A stretch of 64,000 nucleotides of DNA from Prevotella sp. (GCA_051869435.1 JBJEAW010000103.1:5841-69840); one strand, 5' to 3'; counted from the first letter of the stretch, positions 1-11,186 are shown. Numbers and translations are program-made. The notes: generated from the sequence alone by a model not told the origin.

Positions 1-2741
1 AGGACGCCCATCTGACACTCCGCCTGTTCAAGGAAGTGCTCTCAAAGCCAGAGTTCCTCCATTACTCTGCCGGCATCGTCGTACAGTCATACCTGCCTGA
101 CGCATGGGACTTCCAGACAGAGCTTCTTGAGTTTGCCAAGGAGCGTTGCCAGCGCGGAGGCGCCCCGATAAAGATGCGTGTCGTCAAGGGCTGTAACCTT
201 GAGATGGAGACCGTTGTCGCCTCGCTGCGCGGATGGGAGAACCCCGTGCGCCCGGACAAGACCGAGGTCGATGCCAACTACCTGCACATCATAGAGCGCG
301 GCCTGCTGCCAGAGAACTCACAGTATCTGCATGTCGGCATGGCGTCCCACAACCTCTATACCATATCATACGCCTATCTCCTCACACAGAAGTATGGCAC
401 ACCGAAAGAGACCTTCTGCTTCGAGATGCTTGAGGGCATGGCCGACCACGTATGGCGAGCACAGTCGAAGCTCGGCAACCATGTCATACTCTACACACCA
501 GTGGTGAAGGACGAGCACTTCCTCAACGCCGTGTCATACCTCGTCAGACGTATGGACGAGAACACAGCGCCCGACAACTTCCTCACCCACTCGTTCAACC
601 TCCAGCCAGGCACAGAGACATGGGAGTTCCTGAAGAAGCAGTTTGAGGACGCATACGCCATAAAGGACAAGATACCACACACACCTCACCGCACCCAGAA
701 CCGTCTGGAGCCTTACAAGGCCGTGCCTCCTATGGACGAGATGAAGAACGAGCCGGACACCGACTTCGACCGCGAGTGTAACCAGGAGTGGCAGCGCCAG
801 ATATTCAAGAAGTGGAAGAAGACGGCCGAGGACACACCTTACATCATCCCGACACAGATAGGCGACAAGGAGGTCACCAACGACAAGCGCCACAAATACT
901 ACGACCGCTGCCAGGACGACGAGATAGAGATATGCGAGATGTCACAGGCATCGGCAGAGCAGGTGAAGGAGATAGTACGCATAGCCGACGAGGATGCCGG
1001 CGGCTGGCGTAAGAAAGACATCGAGGAGCGTCACCGCATCATGTACGACGCCGCCAACCGTCTCGGCGAGATGCGTGGCGACCTCATAGGCTGCATGTGT
1101 GCCATAACAGGCAAGACTGTCGTCGAGGGCGACGTGGAGGTCAGCGAGGGCATCGACTACTGCCGCTTCTACACGACGACGATGAAGAAGTTCCTGAAGC
1201 TCAGCGACGTGGAGATAAAGGCCAAGGGCACCATACTCGTCATCTCTCCATGGAACTTCCCATGCGCCATCCCTGTCGGCGGCATCGTTGCCGGCCTTGC
1301 GGCGGGCAATACCGTCATCCTCAAGCCAGCCACTGTGGCCGCGCCTGTCGCATGGCTCTTCGCAAAGGCATTCTGGGATGCCGGTGTGCCACGTGAGGCT
1401 CTCCAGATAATCATCACCGACCGTGAGGCCCTCACCACCCTCACCACAGCGCCAGAGATAAAGCACATCATACTCACCGGCGGCACAGAGACAGCCCAGG
1501 CCATCACACGCAACAATCCGCTCACACCGCTATCGGCAGAGACGGGCGGAAAGAACGTGATGATAATCACCGCCTCGGCCGACCGCGACCACGCCATCAT
1601 GAACGCCTGCACATCGGCCTTCGGCAATGCCGGCCAGAAGTGCTCGGCCTGCTCGCTGCTGCTTGTCGAGCGGTCAGTATATAACAGCGAGGAGTTCAAG
1701 ACGAAGCTCATCGACTGTGCCACAAGCCTCAAGGTGGGCAGCGTATGGGATGCCGGCAATATCGTAGGCCCGATGATCACGAACAAGAACGATAAGCTTC
1801 TCCACGCCCTTGAGAACCTTGAGCCGGGAGAGTCATGGCTCGTGCCTCCTCGCTTTGTCGACAAGAAGCGCTATATCCTCGCCCCGACAATCAAGTGGGG
1901 CGTGAAGCCAGGCAGCTACTCGTTCCGCACAGAGCTCTTCGGCCCGATGCTCTCCGTATGTCCGTTTGACACTCTCGATGAGGCCATCGACCTCGTCAAC
2001 GGTCTCGACTACGGCCTGACAAGCGGCATACAGAGCCTCGATGAGAAGGAGCAGCAGAAGTGGAAGAACTCTATCATGGCCGGCAACCTCTACATCAACC
2101 GTGGCATAACGGGCGCCATCGTCAACCGCCAGCCATTCGGCGGCATGAAGCTCTCCGCTTTCGGCGGCGGCATCAAGGCCGGCGGCCCCAACTACTGCTC
2201 GCTCTTCACATACATAACCGACAAGGCCGGCTCGAAGACCGACTACAAGAAGAGCTACCGTGAGGCATGGGAGGCAGAGTTTGCCCACGCACGCGACTGG
2301 AACAAATGCTTCGGCGAGCAGAACGCTTTCCGCTATCTGCCGTTGAAGGGTGGCATGGTGCTGCGCCTCTTCAAGGGCGACAGCGACGAGGCTGCGCGCA
2401 TGATAGCCTTCGCGGCCGCTACCGCCGGCACACCGCTGACCATCAGCTTCGACCCTGCCGACGACCGTTCGAAGGCCCTCGCACAGACCGGCGCGACGCT
2501 GTGTAAGGAGAGCCTCGTTGACTTCCTCACGACGATGCCGCTCTTCGAGCGTGTCCGCACATGCTCGCCTGAGATACCAAAGGAGATGTACCAGCGTGCG
2601 GCTGACACGAACAAGTATATCGCCACGGCTCCTCCTGTCAAGGACGGACGCGTAGAGCTGATACACTACATAAAGGAGCAGAGCATATCATTCGAGTATC
2701 ACAGATACGGCAGCATCTCTGAGGTGCCACCCGTTGAGTGA
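1..2741 (+). CDS. putA: Bifunctional proline dehydrogenase / P5C dehydrogenase (PutA), 5' end outside the window
   Basis: Frame is open from base 3. PRODH motifs MRVVKG, ASHN, FEMLEGM, YLVRRMDEN; ALDH motifs ISPWNFP, ILKPA, AETGGKN, GQKCSAC, ELFGP, QPFGGMKLS. Confidence 0.95.
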   Translation, partial: DAHLTLRLFKEVLSKPEFLHYSAGIVVQSYLPDAWDFQTELLEFAKERCQRGGAPIKMRVVKGCNLEMETVVASLRGWENPVRPDKTEVDANYLHIIERGLLPENSQYLHVGMASHNLYTISYAYLLTQKYGTPKETFCFEMLEGMADHVWRAQSKLGNHVILYTPVVKDEHFLNAVSYLVRRMDENTAPDNFLTHSFNLQPGTETWEFLKKQFEDAYAIKDKIPHTPHRTQNRLEPYKAVPPMDEMKNEPDTDFDRECNQEWQRQIFKKWKKTAEDTPYIIPTQIGDKEVTNDKRHKYYDRCQDDEIEICEMSQASAEQVKEIVRIADEDAGGWRKKDIEERHRIMYDAANRLGEMRGDLIGCMCAITGKTVVEGDVEVSEGIDYCRFYTTTMKKFLKLSDVEIKAKGTILVISPWNFPCAIPVGGIVAGLAAGNTVILKPATVAAPVAWLFAKAFWDAGVPREALQIIITDREALTTLTTAPEIKHIILTGGTETAQAITRNNPLTPLSAETGGKNVMIITASADRDHAIMNACTSAFGNAGQKCSACSLLLVERSVYNSEEFKTKLIDCATSLKVGSVWDAGNIVGPMITNKNDKLLHALENLEPGESWLVPPRFVDKKRYILAPTIKWGVKPGSYSFRTELFGPMLSVCPFDTLDEAIDLVNGLDYGLTSGIQSLDEKEQQKWKNSIMAGNLYINRGITGAIVNRQPFGGMKLSAFGGGIKAGGPNYCSLFTYITDKAGSKTDYKKSYREAWEAEFAHARDWNKCFGEQNAFRYLPLKGGMVLRLFKGDSDEAARMIAFAAATAGTPLTISFDPADDRSKALAQTGATLCKESLVDFLTTMPLFERVRTCSPEIPKEMYQRAADTNKYIATAPPVKDGRVELIHYIKEQSISFEYHRYGSISEVPPVE

Positions 2742-2777
2742 CAACAAGAGTGGGGCTCTCCCCTGAATGAATAAAAG

Positions 2778-2822
2778 GAGAGGGATGCCACATAAACAGG
2801 AACGGCATCCCTCTCGCTTTTT
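2778..2822 (+). terminator. Intrinsic terminator after putA
   Basis: 12-bp stem GAGAGGGATGCC/GGCATCCCTCTC followed by GCTTTTT. Confidence 0.75.
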
Positions 2823-2976
2823 CCGGATATGACAAAACCGTGTGGACAACCCCGTGGAGCCCATGGCACCACAGCCCCCCAACAGCCTACAAGCGCCGTG
2901 AGGGTATGGGAGGACACTACGGAGACGACGACAGCTGACGCGAGGACAGCTGTCACGAAGAGTGGAACAACAACGA

Positions 2977-3170
2977 GGTGGCCCTATGAGACGGCTCCAT
3001 GCACGTTGATAACCAAATGACAGACATGGATGCTGACGCTTCTCTCACGCACTGCAGATTCGCTGACCGCCATTCAGTCACACAGCCCGCTGTGCCCCTT
3101 TCATGCAAAGCGGCACTCCACAACGCGACAGCCACAGCATCATCCCAAGCTGGCCCATAGGAACCCACCC
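2977..3170 (+). mobile_element. Degenerate copy of MITE-like hairpin family A, upstream of susC
   Basis: Ends GGTGGCCCTAT...ATAGGAACCCACCC. Internal CATTCAGTCACACAGCCCGCTGTGCCCCTTTCAT and GCCACAGCATCATCCCA align with the 54899-55268 copy. Confidence 0.55.
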
Positions 3171-3286
3171 TAATTATCACGGAGCACATGTCAGCAGACA
3201 TGACTCCACTAACAGAGACAGGCCGACGGAATGCGACGCCACGTAAGCCCTGACCTGTCAACTCTAAAACAAAGAAAGGAAAGCAA

Positions 3287-6200
3287 ATGAGAAAAAGATT
3301 GTTATGCATCCTGGCCACCATCATGGTCTCTATGGCTGTCACGGCACAGACGATTAACGTCAAGGGCGTGGTAGTCTTCGAGAACGATGAGACCGTCATC
3401 GGAGCCTCAGTGATGATTCAAGGCAGCAAGCGCGGCACATATACTGATGTCAATGGCGCTTTTGAACTGAAAGGCGTGAGCCCCTCAGAACGAATCGTAG
3501 TGTCGTATATCGGAATGAAATCACAGACACTGCAGCCAAAAACCTCAATGCACATCGTGCTGAAAAATGACGACCAGATACTCGACGAGGTTCTCGTGGT
3601 GGCTTTCGGCGAGCAGAAGAAGTCGTCGTTCACCGGCTCGGCAGGAGTTGTCGATGCCAAGCAGCTCGAAGTGAGACAGGTGACAAATGTCCTCGACGCC
3701 CTGCAAGGCAATGTGGCGGGCCTTCAGGCTTATTCTCATTCTGGAGCTCCCGACGCCTCGCCGGAGTTCCGCATACGTGGCATAAGCTCAATAAACGCCG
3801 GCAACAGACCACTCATAGTGCTCGACGGCGCACCATACGACGGTGAGTGGAACAGTATCAACCCATCGGATGTCCAGTCTGTGACAGTATTGAAGGATGC
3901 CGCCTCGAACGCCCTGTACGGAGCCAGAGGAGCTAACGGTGTCATCATCGTCACCACAAAGAAGGGTGACGCCAACCGCACGACAATAACCCTGAACACA
4001 AAGGTCGGTGTCAGCAGCCGCGCGTCGAAACGCTATAACACCATCGACAGCCCGGCAGAATACATCGAGACATACTATACCGCGCTGAAGAACTACTATC
4101 TCGGCAAGGGACAATCGACATACCAGGCACACATCAATGCCAACAACACCCTCGGCGCCTCGGCCCAGGATGGCGGTCTCGGCTATCTCCCATACAGCGT
4201 GCCGGCAGGCCAGATGCTCGTCGGAGACAACGGGAAGCTGAACCCATCGGCATCACTCGGCAACCGCATATACAACGACGGGAAGATATACACCATCATG
4301 CCCGACGACTGGATCGACGAGGCTTACCGCAACGCCCTGAGGCAGGAGTATGACCTCAGCATCAACGGAGGCGGCACAAACGGACAGTTCTACGCGTCAA
4401 TAGGCTATCTCAACGCAGAGGGAATAGCCGTGGCATCAGACTATGAGAGATACACCGCACGCCTGAAAGCATCGTACAAGGCGACGAAATGGCTCAATGT
4501 CGGAGGAAACATAAACTTCGCACGCTCGACAACAAACAACGGCGCAGACATCTCTGACACAGAGGACAGCGCGTCGAACAACATATACACGCAGATATCC
4601 ATGATGGCACCAATCTACCCTGTGTGGCTGAGGGACGGAGAAGGAAACCTGCTGAGGGATGAGAATGGAACAGTAGGCGATTTCGGCGACGGACAGATAA
4701 TAGGCTCAAACCATGTGCGCCCCTACCTAAGCCAGGTGAACGGCATCGCTGAGGCAAGCCTGAGCACAAGCCGCAAGGTGGCTACAACATTCTCCCTGAA
4801 CGGATATGCAGACATTGACATCATTGACGGACTGAAGGCAACAATAAACGGAAGCGTATATACAAGCAACTACAACTCAACATACACCCAGCAGCCTTTC
4901 TACGGATACGGATTCATGGCCTTTCCCAACGGATACGTATATAAGGACTCGTACAACGAATATACCATCAACCTGCAGCAGCTGCTGAAGTATAACAAGA
5001 AGTTCGGCAGCCACAACATCTCGCTCCTCGCCGGACACGAGAGCTATGACTACACAGCCGACGACCTCAACGCCGACCGCAAGAACATGTACTCATACTT
5101 CGAGAACCAGGAGCTCAACGGGGCGACGACAATGCTCTCAAACGGATCGAGCAGGACAGGTTACAACACAGAGGGATGGATATTCAGAGCACTCTACGAC
5201 TATGACTCGACATACTTCGGACAGGTGTCATACAGACGTGACGCATCGTCAAGATTCCATCCCGACCACAGATGGGGCAACTTCTACTCATTCGGCGGAG
5301 CGTGGATAATGACCAAAGAGCCGTGGATGAAGGATGTCGGATGGCTCAACACGCTGAAGCTGAAGGCATCATTCGGGCAGAACGGCAACGACAACATCTC
5401 TGACTTCCTATACACCGACACATACTCGATAAACAAGGGCGAGGGAAACGACATCTCGCTGACACTGCTCTCAAAAGGCAACGAGAGGATAACATGGGAG
5501 ACAGTGACAAACATCAACGCCGGAGTGGAGTTTGAGATGTTCTCGTCAAGACTGCGCGGCTCGCTCGAATACTTCTACCGCAAGACGACAGACATGCTCT
5601 GCTATCTCTATGTGCCACTCTCACAGGGATATGCCGGATACTACTCAAACGTGGGAGACATGGCAAACAAGGGCATAGAGATAGAGCTCGCGGGAGATGT
5701 GCTCCAGACATCTGACCTCAGATGGACCATCAACGCCAACCTCACAGCATACAAGAACAAGGTGCTGATGCTGAACGATGATAACAAGAACAACACACTT
5801 GAGGGACACAAGGGATACACATCGGGCAACTACTTCTATGGCGAGGGGCTGCCGATGTACACATGGCGGTTGAAACGCTATGCCGGAGTGTCTGACGAGG
5901 GACTCGCCATGTACTACAAGCACGACACCGACGGCAACCTCGTGACTACTACCGTGCCGACAGAAATCACGGCCGACGAGGACTACTTTGACTGCGGCAC
6001 ATCGCTGCCAGACTTCTATGGCGGATTCGGGACAACATTCTCGGCATACGGATTCGACCTCAACGTGTCGATGGCATACTCTGTCGGAGGAAAGGTGATG
6101 GACTATGGCTATATGCAGCTCATGACTGTCCCATACTCACAATATACGGGTATGGCGCTCCACAAGGACCTGCTGGGAGCATGGAGCGTTGACAATCCAG

Positions 6201-6499
6201 ACTCGTCAATACCACGCCTGCAATATGGCGACGAGTATGCCGCTGTGACATCCGACCGCTTCCTCACATCCGGCTCATGGCTCGCTCTGCAGAATGTGTC
6301 GCTGTCATACACCATGCCCAAGGCATGGGTGAAGACGCTCGGACTCTCAAACGTGCGCCTGACAGTGGCGGGAGAGAACCTCACATACTGGAGCAAGCGG
6401 AAAGGTCTTGACCCACGCATAAACTACGGCGGCTCGATAACGAACACGAAGTATGCGCCGTCGCGCACGATAACAGGCTCGCTGAGCATACAGTTCTAA
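3287..6499 (+). CDS. susC: SusC/RagA-family TonB-dependent outer membrane transporter
   Basis: Signal peptide, N-terminal carboxypeptidase-like domain, LDEVLVVAFG, plug motif VLKDAASNALYGARGANGVIIVTTKKG, ITWET, C-terminal F; 1070 aa. Confidence 0.95.
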   Translation: MRKRLLCILATIMVSMAVTAQTINVKGVVVFENDETVIGASVMIQGSKRGTYTDVNGAFELKGVSPSERIVVSYIGMKSQTLQPKTSMHIVLKNDDQILDEVLVVAFGEQKKSSFTGSAGVVDAKQLEVRQVTNVLDALQGNVAGLQAYSHSGAPDASPEFRIRGISSINAGNRPLIVLDGAPYDGEWNSINPSDVQSVTVLKDAASNALYGARGANGVIIVTTKKGDANRTTITLNTKVGVSSRASKRYNTIDSPAEYIETYYTALKNYYLGKGQSTYQAHINANNTLGASAQDGGLGYLPYSVPAGQMLVGDNGKLNPSASLGNRIYNDGKIYTIMPDDWIDEAYRNALRQEYDLSINGGGTNGQFYASIGYLNAEGIAVASDYERYTARLKASYKATKWLNVGGNINFARSTTNNGADISDTEDSASNNIYTQISMMAPIYPVWLRDGEGNLLRDENGTVGDFGDGQIIGSNHVRPYLSQVNGIAEASLSTSRKVATTFSLNGYADIDIIDGLKATINGSVYTSNYNSTYTQQPFYGYGFMAFPNGYVYKDSYNEYTINLQQLLKYNKKFGSHNISLLAGHESYDYTADDLNADRKNMYSYFENQELNGATTMLSNGSSRTGYNTEGWIFRALYDYDSTYFGQVSYRRDASSRFHPDHRWGNFYSFGGAWIMTKEPWMKDVGWLNTLKLKASFGQNGNDNISDFLYTDTYSINKGEGNDISLTLLSKGNERITWETVTNINAGVEFEMFSSRLRGSLEYFYRKTTDMLCYLYVPLSQGYAGYYSNVGDMANKGIEIELAGDVLQTSDLRWTINANLTAYKNKVLMLNDDNKNNTLEGHKGYTSGNYFYGEGLPMYTWRLKRYAGVSDEGLAMYYKHDTDGNLVTTTVPTEITADEDYFDCGTSLPDFYGGFGTTFSAYGFDLNVSMAYSVGGKVMDYGYMQLMTVPYSQYTGMALHKDLLGAWSVDNPDSSIPRLQYGDEYAAVTSDRFLTSGSWLALQNVSLSYTMPKAWVKTLGLSNVRLTVAGENLTYWSKRKGLDPRINYGGSITNTKYAPSRTITGSLSIQF

Positions 6500-6684
6500 G
6501 CGACGGGCGGGAAACACCGAGCCACATCATGACAAGAAATAACATGGGGAGCGGCGACACGCCACCCCATGGCCACCATAAATAAACATGAGCCGGGGAT
6601 GACACGCCACAAGGCTGACAGCCGAAAGGCCGAGCCGGAGGATGCCCCCATCTGGAACATGACAACAAGGAGAAAGGTAACAAT

Positions 6685-8472
6685 ATGACACATATATCCC
6701 ATCACCACAATACAACGCGGAGAAGCCTCGCGACCCACATCATGGCGCTCGCCGTGGCTCTCACGGCCACAATGGCCGTCACAAGCTGCATCGATGAGGA
6801 ACAGCCGACCGATGCCGCCACAGCATCGCAGATAGAGGGGTCGAGCACATCGTTCGCCATGCTCGTCAGCGGACTGAACACCAAGCTCATCTCATACAAC
6901 AATTATTACACATCGAACACCGGCTCGTGGTACGAGACACAGGACTGGGGCTACCCATGCTACATGCTCATAAGGGAGAGCCTGCTCGACGGTTTCCCCA
7001 TAGCCAACTCCAGCTATAACTACCAGAGCACATACGAGAGCGCAACATACCTGTCGGCATACACAACCCCGATATACTTCTTCTACTACTCGCTCGTGAA
7101 CACCGTCAATAACATAATAAACGTTGCGGGGGAGAATCCGGCAAACGAGGCGATACAACAGTCGGTAGCCCAGGCACGTGTATATCGCGCCCTGGCATAT
7201 ATGGACCTCAGCATGATGTTCGAGTTCTGGCCGACAGGCATCGCAGAGCTTGACGGCAAGGCGAAGGATGTGCTCGGGCTAACAGTGCCTATCGTGACAG
7301 AGAACACGACTGACGAGGAGGCGAAGAACAACCCACGTGTGCCATTCTACGAGATGTACCGGTTCATATACGACGACCTCGCCACGGCTGAGACAGCCCT
7401 CGCCTTCTACTCACGCAAAGACAAGAACGAGGTGAACGCCGATGTCGTCAACGCGCTCATGGCACGCTACTGGCTGACACTCGCGACGCGATTCCGCAAA
7501 TACCCGGCCGACCTGCAGGAGATGGTCGCCAAGGACACGGACAACAGCCTGCACGGAAGACCCCTTGGGATAACAACAGCTGAAGAGTGTTATGAGAAGG
7601 CACAGGCATACGCACAGAAGGTCATATCGGCCGGATACACACCCATGACGAAATCCCAATGGCACGACACAACGACAGGATTCAACACAGCCAATAACGC
7701 ATGGGTGTGGGACATGAGGTTCAGCTCGATAGAGCAGGTGCCTAACTACTGGTGTACGATAATGGGCAATGTGGCCTCTGAGCCAACATGGGGCATGCCA
7801 GCATATGCCGGAGGATACCGCTGTATAAGCAAGCGACTGTATGACAGGATACATGACGGCGACTGGAGAAAGACATCATGGATAGACCCTGCCGACGCCG
7901 GAGCCACTGTCGTACCAGAGAGATACCAGACACAGCTGCGCAATGCCGACGCGTCAACAAAGGCATCGAACACTAACTTCAGCCGTCTGCCAGCCTACGC
8001 CAACCTGAAGTTCCGACCAGGAAGCGGCTCTATCGACGACGACCAGAAGGGACTGCTGTGCGACATTCCTCTCGTAAGAGTCGAGGAGATGTACTTCATC
8101 ATGATAGAGTGTGAGTTCTATCTCCATGGCCTTGACGCCGGAAAGCAGAGCCTTGAGAACTTCATGGCCACCTACCGCACAGAGGGAACAGAATACAAGA
8201 GCACGGCAGAGGGATGGACAGACTTCATCTACGAGATGATAGCCCAGAAATATGTCGAGCTCTGGGGAGAAGGCATCATGTATAATGACTATAAGCGTCT
8301 GGGATTGTATATCGTACGCGTCTATGACGATACAAACTATCTTGAGGCTTACCAGTTTGACTGGCTCGGGGCAGGCGTTGCCCCATGGCTTAACTTCTAT
8401 ATACCGGAAAGGGAGCGAAGCTTCAACAAGGCTATGGTCATGAATCCTGACCCTACACCTTATTGCAAGTGA
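6685..8472 (+). CDS. susD: SusD/RagB-family surface lipoprotein
   Basis: Lipobox VTSC followed by acidic IDEEQ; ARVYRALAY, RVEEMYFI, ELWGEG motifs; directly downstream of susC. Confidence 0.92.
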   Translation: MTHISHHHNTTRRSLATHIMALAVALTATMAVTSCIDEEQPTDAATASQIEGSSTSFAMLVSGLNTKLISYNNYYTSNTGSWYETQDWGYPCYMLIRESLLDGFPIANSSYNYQSTYESATYLSAYTTPIYFFYYSLVNTVNNIINVAGENPANEAIQQSVAQARVYRALAYMDLSMMFEFWPTGIAELDGKAKDVLGLTVPIVTENTTDEEAKNNPRVPFYEMYRFIYDDLATAETALAFYSRKDKNEVNADVVNALMARYWLTLATRFRKYPADLQEMVAKDTDNSLHGRPLGITTAEECYEKAQAYAQKVISAGYTPMTKSQWHDTTTGFNTANNAWVWDMRFSSIEQVPNYWCTIMGNVASEPTWGMPAYAGGYRCISKRLYDRIHDGDWRKTSWIDPADAGATVVPERYQTQLRNADASTKASNTNFSRLPAYANLKFRPGSGSIDDDQKGLLCDIPLVRVEEMYFIMIECEFYLHGLDAGKQSLENFMATYRTEGTEYKSTAEGWTDFIYEMIAQKYVELWGEGIMYNDYKRLGLYIVRVYDDTNYLEAYQFDWLGAGVAPWLNFYIPERERSFNKAMVMNPDPTPYCK

Positions 8473-8582
8473 CAGACAGTCAGGACTCCCTGCACACAGG
8501 AAGCCCGATAAATCTTCAGAATAATCATGTATGGTGGGGCAACAAAGAGACTCCACTGTCTAAAAACAGCATACCATTCATT

Positions 8583-9476
8583 ATGAGAAAATACATATCC
8601 ATACTCCTCGTCCTGCCGCTGCTACCATTCGTCATGGCCTCGTGCAGCGACGACCCCAACCTCGACTATGAGTCAGGCAAGCCGACACCAGATGGCTGCA
8701 TGGCCGTCTTCTTCGACGCTTCCAATCCCAGCGAGTATATCCTCGAGCCCGGCGAGGCGACATCCGTCAGCATAAGCCTCTCACGTCTCGACTCCACACA
8801 GGCAGCCGAGGTGCCGCTCGTATGCACCAGCGCCGACGCCTCGCTCACTATTCCTGCCAAGGCGACATTCGCGGCAGGAGAGGCTCACACAACAGTGGAT
8901 GTGACATTCGGCTCGCTCGAGACACGGCATAGATATGCGTTCACCATGGCTGTCGATGAAGCATACGCCGACCATTATGCCGCTACGCCAGGCTCGACAT
9001 CCTACACGTCGTACATCATGGCGGCGGCATGGGAGGTCGTATCGGACGATGTCACCATGACATGGACCACAGCAGGCATAGAACATACGTTCAAGACACG
9101 CCTTGAGAGACTCGGAAGCCTCGACCGCTACAAGCTGCCCGACTTCCTCGGCTCAGGATTGGACATGATATTCACCGCATCAAAGAAGTCAAACTACTCT
9201 GAGGGATACTACAAGATAGAGCCCTACACACACTATCTCGACTGGAGCGACGGGACGGTTGACACCTTCGAGTTCTACGACGAGAGGACAGACAACTACG
9301 CCTCATGGACAGTCAACGGTGTCACCGTGACATACATGTGCATGATGCGTTCGTATGCCGGCACCGACTATTCATACATATCGTTCAACAACCGTTACGG
9401 CATGTTCGGCACATACTATGCAGAGTATGCTGACGGACAGTATGACTACTGGAACTATGTCCGCTTCACATGGTAA
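8583..9476 (+). CDS. Surface lipoprotein with an N-terminal Ig-like domain and a Tyr-rich C-terminal domain
   Basis: ATG 8583 gives MRKYISILLVLPLLPFVMASC-SDD (lipobox plus acidic export-type signal). The listed 8463 start overlaps susD. Confidence 0.8.
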   Translation: MRKYISILLVLPLLPFVMASCSDDPNLDYESGKPTPDGCMAVFFDASNPSEYILEPGEATSVSISLSRLDSTQAAEVPLVCTSADASLTIPAKATFAAGEAHTTVDVTFGSLETRHRYAFTMAVDEAYADHYAATPGSTSYTSYIMAAAWEVVSDDVTMTWTTAGIEHTFKTRLERLGSLDRYKLPDFLGSGLDMIFTASKKSNYSEGYYKIEPYTHYLDWSDGTVDTFEFYDERTDNYASWTVNGVTVTYMCMMRSYAGTDYSYISFNNRYGMFGTYYAEYADGQYDYWNYVRFTW

Positions 9477-9669
9477 TCACACCCTTGGCCTCACGTGGAT
9501 ACATACACGTGGCTATGTGTCTCCCCCGCCCCGCTGCTCCTCGCCATCTCTGGAAAGAGGCTGACGGCGGAGGAAGACAACGGCCAAAGCAATATCCCAT
9601 ATACCATACACCCCACTAACATACAAAAACAGAACCATCATCATGAGAATACCTTTCAATCTTAACACA

Positions 9670-11082
9670 ATGCATATAAGGCATATCATCGGCATTGTCA
9701 TCGTAGCCATCGGAGCCGTTCTCGCCATGACATCATGCAGCGACGACGAGATTGTGAAGACCCCTCTTGACCCTGCCGTGATATCACAGGAGGCACGCAC
9801 CGTAAGCTCACTGTCTTTCTCCTGGACGCCAGTAGAGGGCGCGACACAGTATGCCTATGAGCTTAAGGACAACGCCGGTGCCGTCGTCCTTGGAGGCATG
9901 ACACCGACGACAAGCCTTCTCGCCACCGGGCTGGCAGACAACACGGCATACACACTCTACGTATGGGCTTATGCCGCTGTGACAGGCGGCAAGACAACAT
10001 CGCCCATAGCCACGCTGACAGCCACGACAGACAAGATTGTGCCGCTCGATGCGCCTGAGGCTGTCTCATCGACAGAGAACAACATCGTCACAGTGACATG
10101 GCCGGAGGTGGAGCACGCCGCATATTACAGATATACATATACCACACCCGAGGGAGAGACAGTGTCTGGAGAGACTGAGACAAACAGCATAACCCTGACA
10201 TCGCTCGCCGACGGCGAATATACCATCTATATACAGTCTGTCAGCACAGAGGAGGCTTATACCGACTCTGAGATCTTTGCCGTCACATTCACGTATGAGC
10301 GCCAGCGCGAGGAGCTGTGGCGCAGGACAGGCACCATGTCTTCTGCCGACGGACTGGAGTATCAGGCCGATATCGTCTCGTATGATGACGGCACATACGC
10401 CGTAGAGGCCTTCCATCAGGTCGGGGGCGCCGATATCGAGTTCACCGTCAATGCCGATAACGGCGAGATGACAATCACCAACCACTACTATGAGTCAGGG
10501 GGATACTACTTCGTCAGGACAGGCGACGGAGGGTATATCGCCGCATACACAGCCTCAGAGTACTCGCTCTTCACAGGCAACGCCCTTGCCGGAGAGCTCT
10601 ACTATTATGCCTATGTATATGACGCCGAGGGCAACATAACAGGCTCAGGATACGACTATCTCGTATGGGGCGACGCTTCCGCTGTGGAGACTGCCGATAA
10701 TCTCGTGGGTGAGTACGAGGAGTCAACATCTGGCTACGAGGCATTCACTGACCCCTACGGCTGGACAGAGATGAACGAAGAGAAATCAGACGTGACAATA
10801 ACAAAGATTGACGACACCACGATACAGATATACAATTTCTTCGGATGGGAGGACACATTCACCGCACACGTCGATTTCACAGAGCGCACCATAACAGTAG
10901 ATGTTAAGGACGACTGGGGAGGATACTACTCCTTCGCCGACTACTCATCGCCGACAAAAGCCGTCGTCGGGACATTCGACGACACATACACCATAACATT
11001 CAGCAACTGGACAGCATGGTATATACCATACAACTCTGCGTATGTATATGAGGGAGCCGTCAGTGTGCTGAAGAAGAAATAA
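9670..11082 (+). CDS. Surface lipoprotein with two fibronectin type III-like domains and two further beta-rich domains
   Basis: Lipobox MTSC-SDDE; FN3 patterns LSFSWTPVEGATQYAY...GLADNTAYTLYVWA and VTVTWPEVEHAAYY...LADGEYTIYIQS. Alternative start 9643. Confidence 0.85.
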   Translation: MHIRHIIGIVIVAIGAVLAMTSCSDDEIVKTPLDPAVISQEARTVSSLSFSWTPVEGATQYAYELKDNAGAVVLGGMTPTTSLLATGLADNTAYTLYVWAYAAVTGGKTTSPIATLTATTDKIVPLDAPEAVSSTENNIVTVTWPEVEHAAYYRYTYTTPEGETVSGETETNSITLTSLADGEYTIYIQSVSTEEAYTDSEIFAVTFTYERQREELWRRTGTMSSADGLEYQADIVSYDDGTYAVEAFHQVGGADIEFTVNADNGEMTITNHYYESGGYYFVRTGDGGYIAAYTASEYSLFTGNALAGELYYYAYVYDAEGNITGSGYDYLVWGDASAVETADNLVGEYEESTSGYEAFTDPYGWTEMNEEKSDVTITKIDDTTIQIYNFFGWEDTFTAHVDFTERTITVDVKDDWGGYYSFADYSSPTKAVVGTFDDTYTITFSNWTAWYIPYNSAYVYEGAVSVLKKK

Positions 11083-11093
11083 TCCGCATCCTA

Positions 11094-11139
11094 CCCTCTC
11101 TTTAGAGCGTTCGACAAGACCTTAGCTCTAAAGAGAGGG
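11094..11139. other. Perfect 15-bp intergenic stem-loop without a U-tail
   Basis: CCCTCTCTTTAGAGC-N16-GCTCTAAAGAGAGGG. Confidence 0.7.
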
Positions 11140-11186
11140 AATGTTACAATCACTACAGGTCTTGATAACCAACAACACCAAGCACT

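Noticed and set aside
8463-8582. Upstream ORF extensions in the ORF track (8463, 14797, 28105, 36979, 38177, 41805, 52766)
   Set aside because: Downstream ATGs with A-rich leaders give proper signal peptides or family N-termini, so the extensions are longest-ORF artefacts.
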